From IMG/VR virus record IMGVR_UViG_3300020151_001495, positions 1-64,000 of that record: a DNA stretch of 64,000 nucleotides. One strand, 5' to 3'. This document shows, in pieces, positions 35,401 to 40,751 of this stretch. The translations under genes and the position numbers were made by a program. The notes below the pieces were generated by a model. It saw only the letters and a program-made list of their open reading frames with translations. It was not told the DNA's origin and did no database searches. Source of the DNA: a virus (lineage: Duplodnaviria > Caudoviricetes). The number at the start of each line of letters is the position of its first letter. Position 1 is the first letter of the stretch.

Positions 35401-35792
35401 TTCTTTGCTGATTCTAGTAGTGCTCTCTCGATTGTCTTAAATGGTCTGTTGATATTACCACCGTCGTTCGTCTCTACATCAGTTGCGTTCTTATCTGACT
35501 GATTAACATACATTACAATGTTAGTTGCATTCACGAAGTCTGGGTTAGTTCCTCCAAGGGAAGTTCCATTTCCAGTAACAATCTGACCATCAGACTTGAA
35601 GATTAGTCTGGCAGTTCCGCCAGTAGTAATTGCAAGTTCATTTGGATTTGGATTATATACCCCTGTATCTGCATCGTTCTCAAAAGTAATAGCAGGTGAT
35701 CCTGGCACACGGTATTCTGGAGTGCCATTTCCACTAAACCTAATAACTACGCCTTCTGCAATACCACCAGAAGTTACTCTTGTTAGAGCCAT
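20412..35792 (-). CDS. giant (5126 aa) virion structural / tail-fibre-like protein
   Basis: RPFKTIERAL, GGVIVPRGTSIVG.DLRKT, SASPYIFNCSLRS, SMVVAQFTGISLQKD motifs of cyanophage fibre/structural proteins; S/T/G-rich beta modules; late promoter. Confidence 0.75.
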   Translation of the reverse strand: MALTRVTSGGIAEGVVIRFSGNGTPEYRVPGSPAITFENDADTGVYNPNPNELAITTGGTARLIFKSDGQIVTGNGTSLGGTNPDFVNATNIVMYVNQSDKNATDVETNDGGNINRPFKTIERALLESAKKSYIAEGQDRFEAYTIMVLPGDYTIDNRPGVDVTTNPLAASVAESPGISATTGDLSTGSSWRFNPRNGGVIVPRGTSIVGYDLRKTVIRPKYVPNPLLDDGSIASDNYKISGVMYDAANMIQKTRGYIIEQSWLYAKQQYPSVVDINETCKRDIGYIVDAVISDLREGGNSNSYVAGEFYTDGTSLRFISAGSERDATIVAFNKARDIMLHAINAWVSANVPAGYNFSELTSVGGINYTAGLKPTFTAGTDYSVGNTYDSSCATAESAIINLMAIITGIISNPDTYTETYKKVLGVGFQTSIFKVTGGCYFWQMTFKDAKTNPLNSVAFTGSGIPTFTQASTTQYSHHRVVSFTYADQRTTDGELDRYYRRIDAWANDIGVGAERRIARPEEYTIVGDASTKQTIDTVNSASPYIFNCSLRSVLGLCGMHTDGSKVKESSFKSMVVAQFTGISLQKDPNAYWQPRNKTGKVYADEDRNTTFATGDSVRNIAYSTAGAPTPEPESAENLGPIYADSNAEYKHDWRHFHIKASEGAFIQVVSVFAVGYADQFLAVNGGDMSITNSNSNFGHISLRAVGSKFTVDPPSAYGKITAFIPPAGISKTSQFTEIYPIATDITWKANLGESAQKTEPSWKQAKVNYSTAGGNYFKLYLEIPGVQSEDDIPELVIESRNVNVNDPTASNAYTIKRFLTFGANNNYNLFRDYYTTTGVQAQADCKISNQVDTTTGGVSNYEAVIELASSASDFTSSVVNNTQRQGYFWDPSRQKVYLKINPNYVESRNYVSNFVFSSVVETQFVTVSEPLPDGSTQVVSRTEDVNVLQWWDSFPGSITSAKFVDNRGSNPNDLLWRVKYVIPKNYQDPTGKILSPKPPEKRFIIKGTAAGNDAYGIPYANYRFTVWDVQEVETWERNVRDGVYYLTVLRADVDNFVDGDSGDFKNTPVAITRDDAYQTITADTLSELYRNDNNYRVTSNVNYLYPSTNEEGNITNSRTLWNPPQADSRCIVEYVSGNGSGFGGYRPKDVSVPNKKYYNSSISSTPFYEVPALASITAEACHRLASALNLCYVKNTTTTSTQIKVSPVTSWDTRSSFTTFNTVSTTFNIYGNVGDQYRWGQGKSFNSTDDLNQYGSSGSEEERKIPCAAASSAVINNGNEITNESDTIRDLSPIIPLFRPSILRASSHTWEYIGIGPGNYSTGFPNLQTRVLKAYEQFIVQGYENGGGFVASSGTNSAGDFYIGNQVIQAGGQSTTTLNVPKVRKSSESNAVDFSDLENRIANNVINVIASTNRSAASQTLLKGLSNFFTTARLTVSDRANIQTLYITDKMYIANTKILNGDKFPEGGPEGYGFVRGARPEKTGYIATDTNDRLYVSPKFLDAWRIKKKILSASNVNLDNNRVYIEPLSRTFTNSVETSLTTALTVPTLFTGSIVRSVVGGVTYGVLTLTGGATATSLNLYVGMRIAQYISGSNTLDLTGEATIKSIDSSTQVTLENVIAVPAISVSSQFYAVDRLRLFDTSGLPPFGRIDIQMTLEQVVAGDYVTINNLKYYFNPTINISLQYDEIDYTNNTVSISTIQNYIPYYDYVKSVLPIISDYNLHTITRNYGSVLQAIDSSSILTDFQYLKGTITGVTAHPTAGLISSAAISSAIAETPRNDLLVRIGVNADFYNKIPTRGAVTIRSTSGGILRYSTFVFFKSSSYANQLVILRRIDTQSKSDSGITYSTTDSTVNIFFTGSTCYASYGDKWTYETAFIPAVETITEDVDIESATLYTIPEKPVPYTDPTIDDKYTESIVPNPVTSKALGANLQTKRAVKTFQPFETLSQAAQFAIESSFGPTDSVELLMKPGYYRLTGGISFPCQVSINGSGVDSTNEKYAKEFAKTSAGRIGGYSLTSVRSGDSVNFYRSPDFINNYTGRTDLVYASTGGRNITTTGGLSVQNVHFLGLNEAITRNEILDSSYSNNSTIVAARRRVRKAWYVKKSRSFPEIISGVQGGLGFHTTYTSITGKPTFSYVGNEEALTDSSGIVSAPSVDTKNVSKTARYMVITFNANNFTGTSGSPSDLQRFNWVKDFVIPGTTMYYFQNLTSGTVDSTTRKTRVIDVRKNYSGTTLTSIDLYVAMYNVASSFTVKDEDLNITTALLDSAGNLLAPADDLTNGIYVVFANRDGDEFVSLTYNWCHEMRRAVLPTTYTTSGEGYDTTLYDTPEIYGIISGFTRDTLNLVVDVNPSADFGGIRSFSATTSGAATGQQDYFGISQVSTPASGGSGALFTVSRNNNVYTVTNTEPGVGYKIGDQITLSGASLGGGSNITIVIGAITPAKAPYPGSGIMGKHSSITVKIGNNTEDYSVTIPVTPNGYLRSYGISSDRFYLYEVSSAIIGTIPDNISVNGSILGGFTGFGFADINGLGTLDGTSFTFEGNTYPSWIRRKTVFDSRNEFEVVAKYNLYQSGNGQSVSSYGYYRVGSGMTTRGREIFINTAQTYRITRKKFPTLSPPSIGNLGTTLIKVEGIPGSPNQVTLKDVTIGAYSDASDLSNTYGGGYYGGLIACNYGQLNISGVRIRGNLVLDWSGILSSSGSRLNATNKFGYGHSVDLIEPRETTTITGFGNNALKKLNVSKDDINFDYYTTYTKSNNLFAEPAFLPTGKRVDYDSRTLPITTIAALPKFDTSTQNLTITNYIATGTAVITGTVTSTAGISVGDTVIISAAVGTQQVKLNGTWNITATTPTTFTFTVSSAVASATYTTGLGSSALQKNNYKTQVVLDEKFSTKRLIYASSGSNSDGYELRFNNTSTAMSAGVAGGHPNPAKQLAPRTLVFTLPYSTETEQDTAENLAKNIFPNFTKIVRFGNTDSVLATVTQLAFYKESGEAYFEITYSGNIQFDGKNQTDGVPSNWTTFELQLLTNYIQSQRFNYLATLTTRYKKIGNSDVINSSGNPVGTYSRLEIGYDAAQRRSVFAENKDIKVEYVGNGIANRNRSTTYLFENTSKTVPQTDAEKVKVLMETDSNGKIVSFDVVSLGIRNFPGDILSSTSGGNGYRITIQTSARVRTDSVDLDYEMFDPGEVVICPANNTFILNNFIETDLTGIKASLQKAKAIIAPGNYILYNNRYYKIAKSETNKPYLGIYQYINPSNIEDIRTSLVVRLEESTYNITYDQTLGAAYDNELITRFELFEDDNILRYWPDNGRLEIGELELADFTKQFINSFTGYRLTIDRSNSKYWPSFIHDWDGIDIVESIIAGDPTSPTVALPGISVGVVNTTELRLADPVDATCSTYKRIKSVGYEELSTSYLTHSGISTTNRAYIDIESTSSTLNEDFEKFEIGQIVSVPFRNLNHSYLRRGTDIWIDSYPKQYKFKVTKRIGTGGTANSANRAGDNLINGVLYNTKLATADVATLTNETSGRIFFYSVSLASQLLNSTNTYTGSNTNKNTTYQISNYIDPTSVVQSTKGLGTLPGVPLNGDPSTGEATLSGISIAAGSRTFTTTSGIGLVPELRVNHPNLNPECRIESVSRTGTSPNFTYNVVLNIAATAAITNDTLTFTTQEPIVLKIDHPLLDDIPEGTEFHIIPAFNQEGWIFNRHVQLFKSRVVDIQKITSTNSIRLYFADPISYGGTSVSAGFVQYNSSGANDLTLTHPDSRHYGLCSINLGGWSYPRSGGSYYNSNTVQLLGPSDQLKLPNYANRIKTGDILKYTYEASAIIQGIAQSTIQTQYDRSNSFVVLDNPVLNEGDTIKSLFGKKTDYYGFKDSYKNTGNYVFTHRRYEDHYGNLTDNYAFQNGYTTGAGYFLKEYRKTTAAQASAGAVTITLSDATGIVTGDVVTGTGIATNTSVSNVAGNIITISNPTTGTVASGATLTLYTLSTTTPTTSYVKDGVTYYVDYGIGTQTSGTPSPAATAISVWTQGIANWGVYYFDGSNALVQNTVDPIKSSIVLSGPRERPGTNTRLSYGTDAVINLSIGSFGEVTALYISNGGSGYRVNDYLIIKGSTFNFNNPRYPADLYLYISKVDPAGRILSFTPKFVWFNPNFPDKVVDYDFRIKDSTWSASASTTVTITSANHGYVAGDIVNIAFSASSGVNATSGQYAITNVTADNFQIINPTSITGAGIATMGTDKFYYTTSTYNTVATTSSAVVTLASTVNINIGDNVFGIASTPNITVASVDSTTQVTLSSPVSIPAPSAITPTNYIGDGTTTVTATVASTTGYSVGDIIVISGATGTQQAKLNGTWKIATIPTATTFTFVVVTSVTAGTYTTTLGTATRSTPLVFTTFIPEETIAVRTINGSFIYFNARFTTNAITRQTDEYTVRYIGGFTAGQKIIFNNPKPSLKTVSGVITSVSSVDANGYSTITIDSSENILYSSHPSPEDWLSVSDILVSHQNDLFAFDGPVSQRFIHSEYGGSLQFDDFKIWNSYYNGGNFRGSGIYGSFGWVGNFARTIDGARMIGLTSAGSLSINWGRQRGNSIWQIAQPIRPAWSHRIGGGPSDWSITTLAFTPNFGYIWSNGTDSLFSTSNPNYLMEDANITSGATAPNPIKHTNLNTDSILLTMNTAERAMNTYWYGGNYWDSGIGPLNYSTYKWSSTFDSIKPSRFKNLNKISWKYQDLKFRSGVSGKWGDVRWGTGNNTRLEESMILNYVQTYTPSAYDRSLFKRVSDYTLTTSNSSTLTVTGGSTSDNNISTLTFATQASIPYFDGQQIIVSGATPSSYNGTWRVVACSTTSVSFYSTASGSVTAGTITPIISDVVINGNLWDGKILTTGTSSIQAGKDYIIGNYDAGGAILDYSNDVDFTIYGAPNNRAGTIFTATSSSTGAVPIRAGGVARSFVDASSKISRSDALYTSTDGINFKFIGFVLAFVWPVTYNGVPQYELGRLRLINPVSEPITVGTNVYVLRMRGIKTTTFDNSVKNNGATNLKGENVLSSELVGCNQYNMAMVINKRTYNTTPLLNTENVVQPIGNRWWWWGADAAYLSVRPTFGDLSAFEWTPMNINITRFNKKVHLEATVTVNSAPSTTLNRTTVYF

Positions 35793-35826
35793 ATGTTTAT
35801 ATCCGTAGAGAGCTTAAATCTAAGTT

Positions 35827-35834
35827 TATTTATA
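35827..35834 (-). promoter_or_regulatory. T4-type late promoter
   Basis: TATAAATA about 35 nt upstream of the giant gene. Confidence 0.75.
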
Positions 35835-35839
35835 CAGAA

Positions 35840-36175
35840 TTATCTATCAAAGCATTTCATGTTATAATTTGTTGGTTTCAATACTTCAACACAATGAAGC
35901 AAAGCTAATTCTGGCTGACTAATACCACAGGTAAATACATCCAGAGCAGCACTTCCTAACTCTGGCCATGTGTGTATACTTATGTGACTTTCTGATAATA
36001 AAGCAACAATAGTTACTCCTTGTGGATCAAATTTATGGGATGCAATATTTAACAACGTAGCACCAGAAAGTTCAATAGCTTCTTTGAACATAGTTACAAG
36101 AAGCTCTTCGTCATTTAAAATATGTTCAGCGCAGCCATACACTTCAGCAACGCAATGCTTACCTAATTTTTCCAA
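35840..36175 (-). CDS. speD: S-adenosylmethionine decarboxylase proenzyme
   Basis: GKH...F.PQGVT..LLSESHISIHTWPE.G.AALDVFTCG; start reassigned to TTG 36175 because the longer ORF runs through tRNA-Leu. Confidence 0.92.
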   Translation of the reverse strand: MEKLGKHCVAEVYGCAEHILNDEELLVTMFKEAIELSGATLLNIASHKFDPQGVTIVALLSESHISIHTWPELGSAALDVFTCGISQPELALLHCVEVLKPTNYNMKCFDR

Positions 36176-36201
36176 TAACCCAACAAAAATTAATACAGGT
36201 T

Positions 36202-36209
36202 TATTTATA
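36202..36209 (-). promoter_or_regulatory. T4-type late promoter
   Basis: TATAAATA between tRNA-Leu and speD. Confidence 0.65.
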
Positions 36210-36213
36210 CGAA

Positions 36214-36297
36214 TAGGAGTAGGGAGACTTGAACTCCCACGGGCATAAGCCCAACAGATTTTAAGTCTGGTGTGTCTACCGATTCCACCATACTCCC
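36214..36297 (-). tRNA. trnL-TAA: tRNA-Leu(TAA)
   Basis: GGGAGTA/TACTCCT acceptor stem, CAGA-CTTAAAA-TCTG anticodon arm, long variable arm, GTTCAAGTC T-loop; no encoded CCA. Confidence 0.93.
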
Positions 36298-36417
36298 GCA
36301 AAAAAAATCCTAAAACACTCTAAGTAAAAATCATATTTTATAATTTTATATGAGATCTTAGGATTTCTGATATTAAATCATCAGTTAAAATTGATATGTT
36401 TTTGTGAACTCAATGCT

Positions 36418-36446
36418 ATCCTAACATAGGTTCCATGTTTTGTCAA
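36418..36446 (-). promoter_or_regulatory. sigma70-type promoter for tRNA-Leu
   Basis: TTGACA-17-TAGGAT. Confidence 0.65.
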
Positions 36447-36679
36447 TAGGTGTACTCTATCATTTCTGGTGGTAGAGTAGAGTTTACAAAGGAGCACATC
36501 TTAGTAAAGTCTTCTGGGTCAGTTTCCTCTACCTTTAGATATTCTCCATCATCACCATGTAAGTGAAATGTCCTGGACAACATATCAACTTCAACTCGAT
36601 GTAAAACTGAGTGATCTGTAATGTTCATATGGCGAGTTGAATTCCTATGTATCATAGCACACCCTCCTCGCCTTGTCAA
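36443..36679 (-). CDS. conserved cyanophage hypothetical protein (true start probably MNITDHSV, ~36628)
   Basis: The annotated 5' extension overlaps the promoter. Confidence 0.65.
   Translation of the reverse strand: MTRRGGCAMIHRNSTRHMNITDHSVLHRVEVDMLSRTFHLHGDDGEYLKVEETDPEDFTKMCSFVNSTLPPEMIEYTY
36651..36679 (-). promoter_or_regulatory. early sigma70-type promoter
   Basis: TTGACA-17-TATGAT with TG extension. Confidence 0.75.
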
Positions 36680-36687
36680 CCCCCTTG

Positions 36688-39171
36688 TTATGCGTTGAGA
36701 ATTGCTGGGGCTTGAGTAAATGATAGTGCGTCGGATAGATTAAAATCAATACCTTCTGCTAGATCAAAGCTTAATCCTGTCATAGTTTTAAAATCAGTTC
36801 CTATTACATTCTTTAATTTAGTTGAGAATAAATTCTCATTCGTAGTACCAACTGTAGTTTTATTATCAACAGACATTTTAGTTTGGTTTGATGCTCCTAT
36901 AATAGTTTCATTATACAAGCCACCCTTCCATACAGATTCTGCGGTTGCCTGATACTTTTGAGATACTCCAGTACCAATATCAGAATTAAGACCTGCTCTA
37001 AGTAAAGTTCTATTTCCTCCAATTAGACAGAATTTATTTGCTCCAATATAATCATTCTTATATAATGCATATAAATTCCATGAACCAGTACATAAGTGAT
37101 TCTGTTCGGTACAGAAAGTACTAAGCGTTGGAGTAAATATATCTAGCTGTCCAGAGGCACTAAGTCCCAGTTTAGATGCTGCAAGTGCAAATCCATTAGA
37201 TGCACTTAGTTTGGAATCATTCTTAAATATTGTTTCATGTTCTCCGCCATATGTAACTTTACTTTCTCTGTTTGCAAATACATTATATTGACCATCTACT
37301 TCTAGGTGATAGTTTCCTCCAACCTTTAGATGATAATCTCCTTTAACTGCAATATAAGCATCACCTTTTACAGTTATTTTTTGTTTGCCGAAAGTAACTT
37401 CAGTTTTATTATTACTATTCGTAACTTCTATATCACCATTATCTAGAATGTGAAATCCTGTTTTACTTCCGCCAGCTTCAATGACAAGTCTATTGTTGTG
37501 TGGAGTGTCATCCATAACAATAGTATGTCCAGCTTCAGAAGTCTGTACAAATAGTTTAGAATATTCTGGATTCCATCTACCTTGAATACCTCCAAGTACA
37601 ACAAAATTTAATGGATTACAATTATTTTCAGTTAGTTGACAATCATCCCATGTAATTTGTAATGGAGATTCTGTACTTCTATTACAGCCAATTCCTAGCA
37701 GATTTAAAATAAATCCAACAATATTACCAATATTTGATAGTGCATCTGCATTAACCAATCCATTTTCATCAAAGAAATCCACACCTCCAATATCTGATAT
37801 AGTTGAAAACAAACTAATTATATCTTCTACTGCGGTAGCAATTTGTACTGCAACTGAAGTTAATTGGAAAATAGATCCAAATATATCATTAATACATTGC
37901 TCTGCAAAATCAATATATGCTTGTGCTTGTTGAATTAATTGATCTGCAAGTTGAGTAACAAACTGTTCTATAAATCCTTCGATGCCAAGCATTATTGCAT
38001 CAACTAATGCTTGATCTAGAGTACAACCAATAGTTCTTAGTACTTGAACAACAACTTCAGTTACAGTCTTGACAAAATATGGAATTGGACTTGAAGATGC
38101 TAAACCAATTTCGTTCAAATATTCTGTGACTTTTTTCATCAACTGAGATTTTACTTCGTTGACAATAAACCAAACTAAGTTTCTTATGATAGAAATACAA
38201 CGATCTACTGCAGCTTTAACATCTACAACTTTATCTGTAAACTTACCAACAATTTCTACTGGGCTATCTGTTTTTGGTATATAAGTAACCTTTGCTCCTT
38301 TTGTATATGCAGATGGTTTTGTTGAATTCATTCCTCTAACAACATTTGTCAGAGAAGTTTCATTCTTTCCATTATATCCAATCTCTTCATTTCCTATTTT
38401 TATTTTTCCAAAATCAGGAAAATCTTTAACATTAGATACTGGAATATATTGTTGTTCTTTAGAAACATCCGAAGTTAATACTGGATTGCCTTTATTTGGT
38501 TGATATACTTTACCAGTCTTAAAAATATTACCAAGTTCCTCAATACACATCTTGATTTGTTCACTAATTACTTTTAGTGGACCATCCTTTCCATCTGCAA
38601 TTGGAACAGAACCCATTCTTCCTGATGGGTTTGATGGAGATGCAGGAGAAGACTTAGCAGCAATACTATCAGAAACTGGAATTCCTCCACTATTTTCTGC
38701 CTTTGTAGCACTAGCTTGCTCTGCAGTTGGAACTACATTCTCAGATTCTTGTGGCTGTCCAGTCTCAGTGGAACCTCTAGACTTTCTAATATTTGCTCCG
38801 CCTGGAGTATCTCTAGCTTGTTGAGTATCTGGTTCGATTACTTTCTTTATCTGACTATAAAACGTACCCATCACTACAGGTTGTTGGCAATCAGGATAGT
38901 CCAGAAAAAATCCCATAACAAAACTTCCAGGCTTCAGAGAATTGGCAGCATTTCCAATTCCACCCACTGCTGGGTTTGTAGTTGGTTGCATTACCAGTGC
39001 CCATGGAAGATTATCTGGCTTTTCATCTGAACGATGAAATCCAAGAATATTTACCTTCACTCTTCCTAATTTTGCATCTCTATCATCAGAGTTTTCTACA
39101 GTTCCTAGCCACCAAGTGAAATCATTATTTCCAAGAAATGCAGAATTTTGTAATGTTGGATTAATTGACAT
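36688..39171 (-). CDS. gp5: baseplate hub / central spike protein gp5-like
   Basis: WW.G.VE...GRVKV.I.G.H..LPWA..GSFVMGFFLD...QQPVVMG OB-fold; SEAGH..DDTP; beta-helix repeats (V.GDY.L.V.GNY). Confidence 0.85.
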   Translation of the reverse strand: MSINPTLQNSAFLGNNDFTWWLGTVENSDDRDAKLGRVKVNILGFHRSDEKPDNLPWALVMQPTTNPAVGGIGNAANSLKPGSFVMGFFLDYPDCQQPVVMGTFYSQIKKVIEPDTQQARDTPGGANIRKSRGSTETGQPQESENVVPTAEQASATKAENSGGIPVSDSIAAKSSPASPSNPSGRMGSVPIADGKDGPLKVISEQIKMCIEELGNIFKTGKVYQPNKGNPVLTSDVSKEQQYIPVSNVKDFPDFGKIKIGNEEIGYNGKNETSLTNVVRGMNSTKPSAYTKGAKVTYIPKTDSPVEIVGKFTDKVVDVKAAVDRCISIIRNLVWFIVNEVKSQLMKKVTEYLNEIGLASSSPIPYFVKTVTEVVVQVLRTIGCTLDQALVDAIMLGIEGFIEQFVTQLADQLIQQAQAYIDFAEQCINDIFGSIFQLTSVAVQIATAVEDIISLFSTISDIGGVDFFDENGLVNADALSNIGNIVGFILNLLGIGCNRSTESPLQITWDDCQLTENNCNPLNFVVLGGIQGRWNPEYSKLFVQTSEAGHTIVMDDTPHNNRLVIEAGGSKTGFHILDNGDIEVTNSNNKTEVTFGKQKITVKGDAYIAVKGDYHLKVGGNYHLEVDGQYNVFANRESKVTYGGEHETIFKNDSKLSASNGFALAASKLGLSASGQLDIFTPTLSTFCTEQNHLCTGSWNLYALYKNDYIGANKFCLIGGNRTLLRAGLNSDIGTGVSQKYQATAESVWKGGLYNETIIGASNQTKMSVDNKTTVGTTNENLFSTKLKNVIGTDFKTMTGLSFDLAEGIDFNLSDALSFTQAPAILNA

Positions 39172-39174
39172 GAA

Positions 39175-39393
39175 TTACACTTCGTATATTAAACATTCGG
39201 GAGCTTCTGGATTATCATTGCAATATAGTTCAAGACTTGTTGGATCTTTAGTTTTATTTGGATGTTTTTGTTGATATCTTTCTAATTGGTCTAACTCAGA
39301 TTCTAAATGGCGTCTACGCTGACCACTTGTGGTTAGGCTATCTATTTCATTAATATCATCATTAATGTGTTGTTGCAAAGTTCTTTTTTCCAT
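39175..39393 (-). CDS. cp12: phage CP12 (Calvin-cycle inhibitor)
   Basis: C-terminal LELYCNDNPEAPECLIYE and phage-type RRH.E.EL. Confidence 0.88.
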   Translation of the reverse strand: MEKRTLQQHINDDINEIDSLTTSGQRRRHLESELDQLERYQQKHPNKTKDPTSLELYCNDNPEAPECLIYEV

Positions 39394-39398
39394 ATAAG

Positions 39399-40751
39399 TT
39401 AGTTTCCTAAATTAGATTGACCTGACGAAGGAACTACGTCTGGAATATTATTACCACCAAAAGAATCCCTAGTCAATGTAACAGTAGTTCTAAGTTCAGT
39501 TCTATTTAGGATAGTATGTCGTATTGAATGTACTAAATATCTACCGCTCATTCTTTCATCTTCTTCAACTGATCCATCAGTTTTTCTTTTTGGAGATGGA
39601 ATAGAAATATTAATAACATTTCCTGCACGAATATTTAAGTCCCCTGGAATACTAATTTCCAATTTATTATACTCTAAGAAATAATATCTATAGATAGATT
39701 TTTCATAAGTTTGATTTACCTGATCTATATTTTTATTTTCTGCATCATCAACTTCCTTCCATCCAAATGTAGTTAATGTAGTTGGTCTGTAAACTATTCT
39801 GGTAGGAAACTGTAAAGATTTATCTTCACTATCCATTCTAAATGGCTTCAACTTACCTAGGTGTTCCATGTCATTCCAATACTTTGAAGCATTTGTATTA
39901 AATACTTTGTATACTCTATTGTTTATATCTACATAAACTGATCGGTGACAGAAGGCTCCATTTCTCAGATCTTCAAAAATATCAAATGCTTTAGGAGAAG
40001 AATAATTTAAAATTCTATAATTGTTTTGAGTGGTTCCTTTTGCTGTAGTATTTGCTTGAACAAATGTATACTTTGTATTATTATTTGGATATGCTGGTTG
40101 ACGGAATAATGTATCTATAGACTTAAATTTATATCCCTCTATAGTTTCATAAAATAAATATCCCACTGAGTTCTTATATGCAGTAGCAACACTTCTTCTT
40201 GACATCCAAATAGCTGTATCAAACAATCTCCAATTTGGAACATACATGTTAAATGGATATAAACTTTCGTCAGCTTCGAAAGTCTTTCTGGTAAATACAG
40301 ATCCATTGGATGAAGTTGCAGTCAATTTTTGTTTTAGAAAATCATGTGATTTTATTCCATCTACTCGTTCCATTATTCTATTTGATTCATTATATAAAGC
40401 TTCGAGACTAACAAAATGCATAACATATGCTTGGTTCTTTTCTTGCATCACTCTACCATCAATTTTATATAGATAAAAATTTAATTCATATTCTTCGGTA
40501 AATGTAGATATTTCAAGTTGTACTTTTTCCTGACCCATCAAAGGTAAAGAACTAATAATATTTTCTCCAATGTCAGTAACAACTATTTGACAGTATAAAC
40601 TAGCAGAAATTACACTTTCATAAATTGATACTTCTTTAACAAGTTCTTTTATATCAATATACTTTGTATCTTTTGCCGTAGTTCCTTCAAGAACTACAGG
40701 AAATAACTTTACTGTCTTTAGAGAAAAATCTCCAGAAAATTTTGCTTGCAT
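39399..40751 (-). CDS. baseplate hub / tail protein (gp27-like)
   Basis: YES....LPL.G.E, FYET..GY.FKSID.L, IPGDL...AG..I, SGRYLV..IRH; located next to gp5. Confidence 0.65.
   Translation of the reverse strand: MQAKFSGDFSLKTVKLFPVVLEGTTAKDTKYIDIKELVKEVSIYESVISASLYCQIVVTDIGENIISSLPLMGQEKVQLEISTFTEEYELNFYLYKIDGRVMQEKNQAYVMHFVSLEALYNESNRIMERVDGIKSHDFLKQKLTATSSNGSVFTRKTFEADESLYPFNMYVPNWRLFDTAIWMSRRSVATAYKNSVGYLFYETIEGYKFKSIDTLFRQPAYPNNNTKYTFVQANTTAKGTTQNNYRILNYSSPKAFDIFEDLRNGAFCHRSVYVDINNRVYKVFNTNASKYWNDMEHLGKLKPFRMDSEDKSLQFPTRIVYRPTTLTTFGWKEVDDAENKNIDQVNQTYEKSIYRYYFLEYNKLEISIPGDLNIRAGNVINISIPSPKRKTDGSVEEDERMSGRYLVHSIRHTILNRTELRTTVTLTRDSFGGNNIPDVVPSSGQSNLGN

Noticed and set aside
4011-35808. Many short + strand ORFs across the fibre block
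   Set aside because: Antisense artefacts of long minus-strand genes.
36176-36301. N-terminal extension of speD in the ORF track
   Set aside because: It is the tRNA-Leu sequence read in frame; similarity to SpeD starts at TTG 36175.
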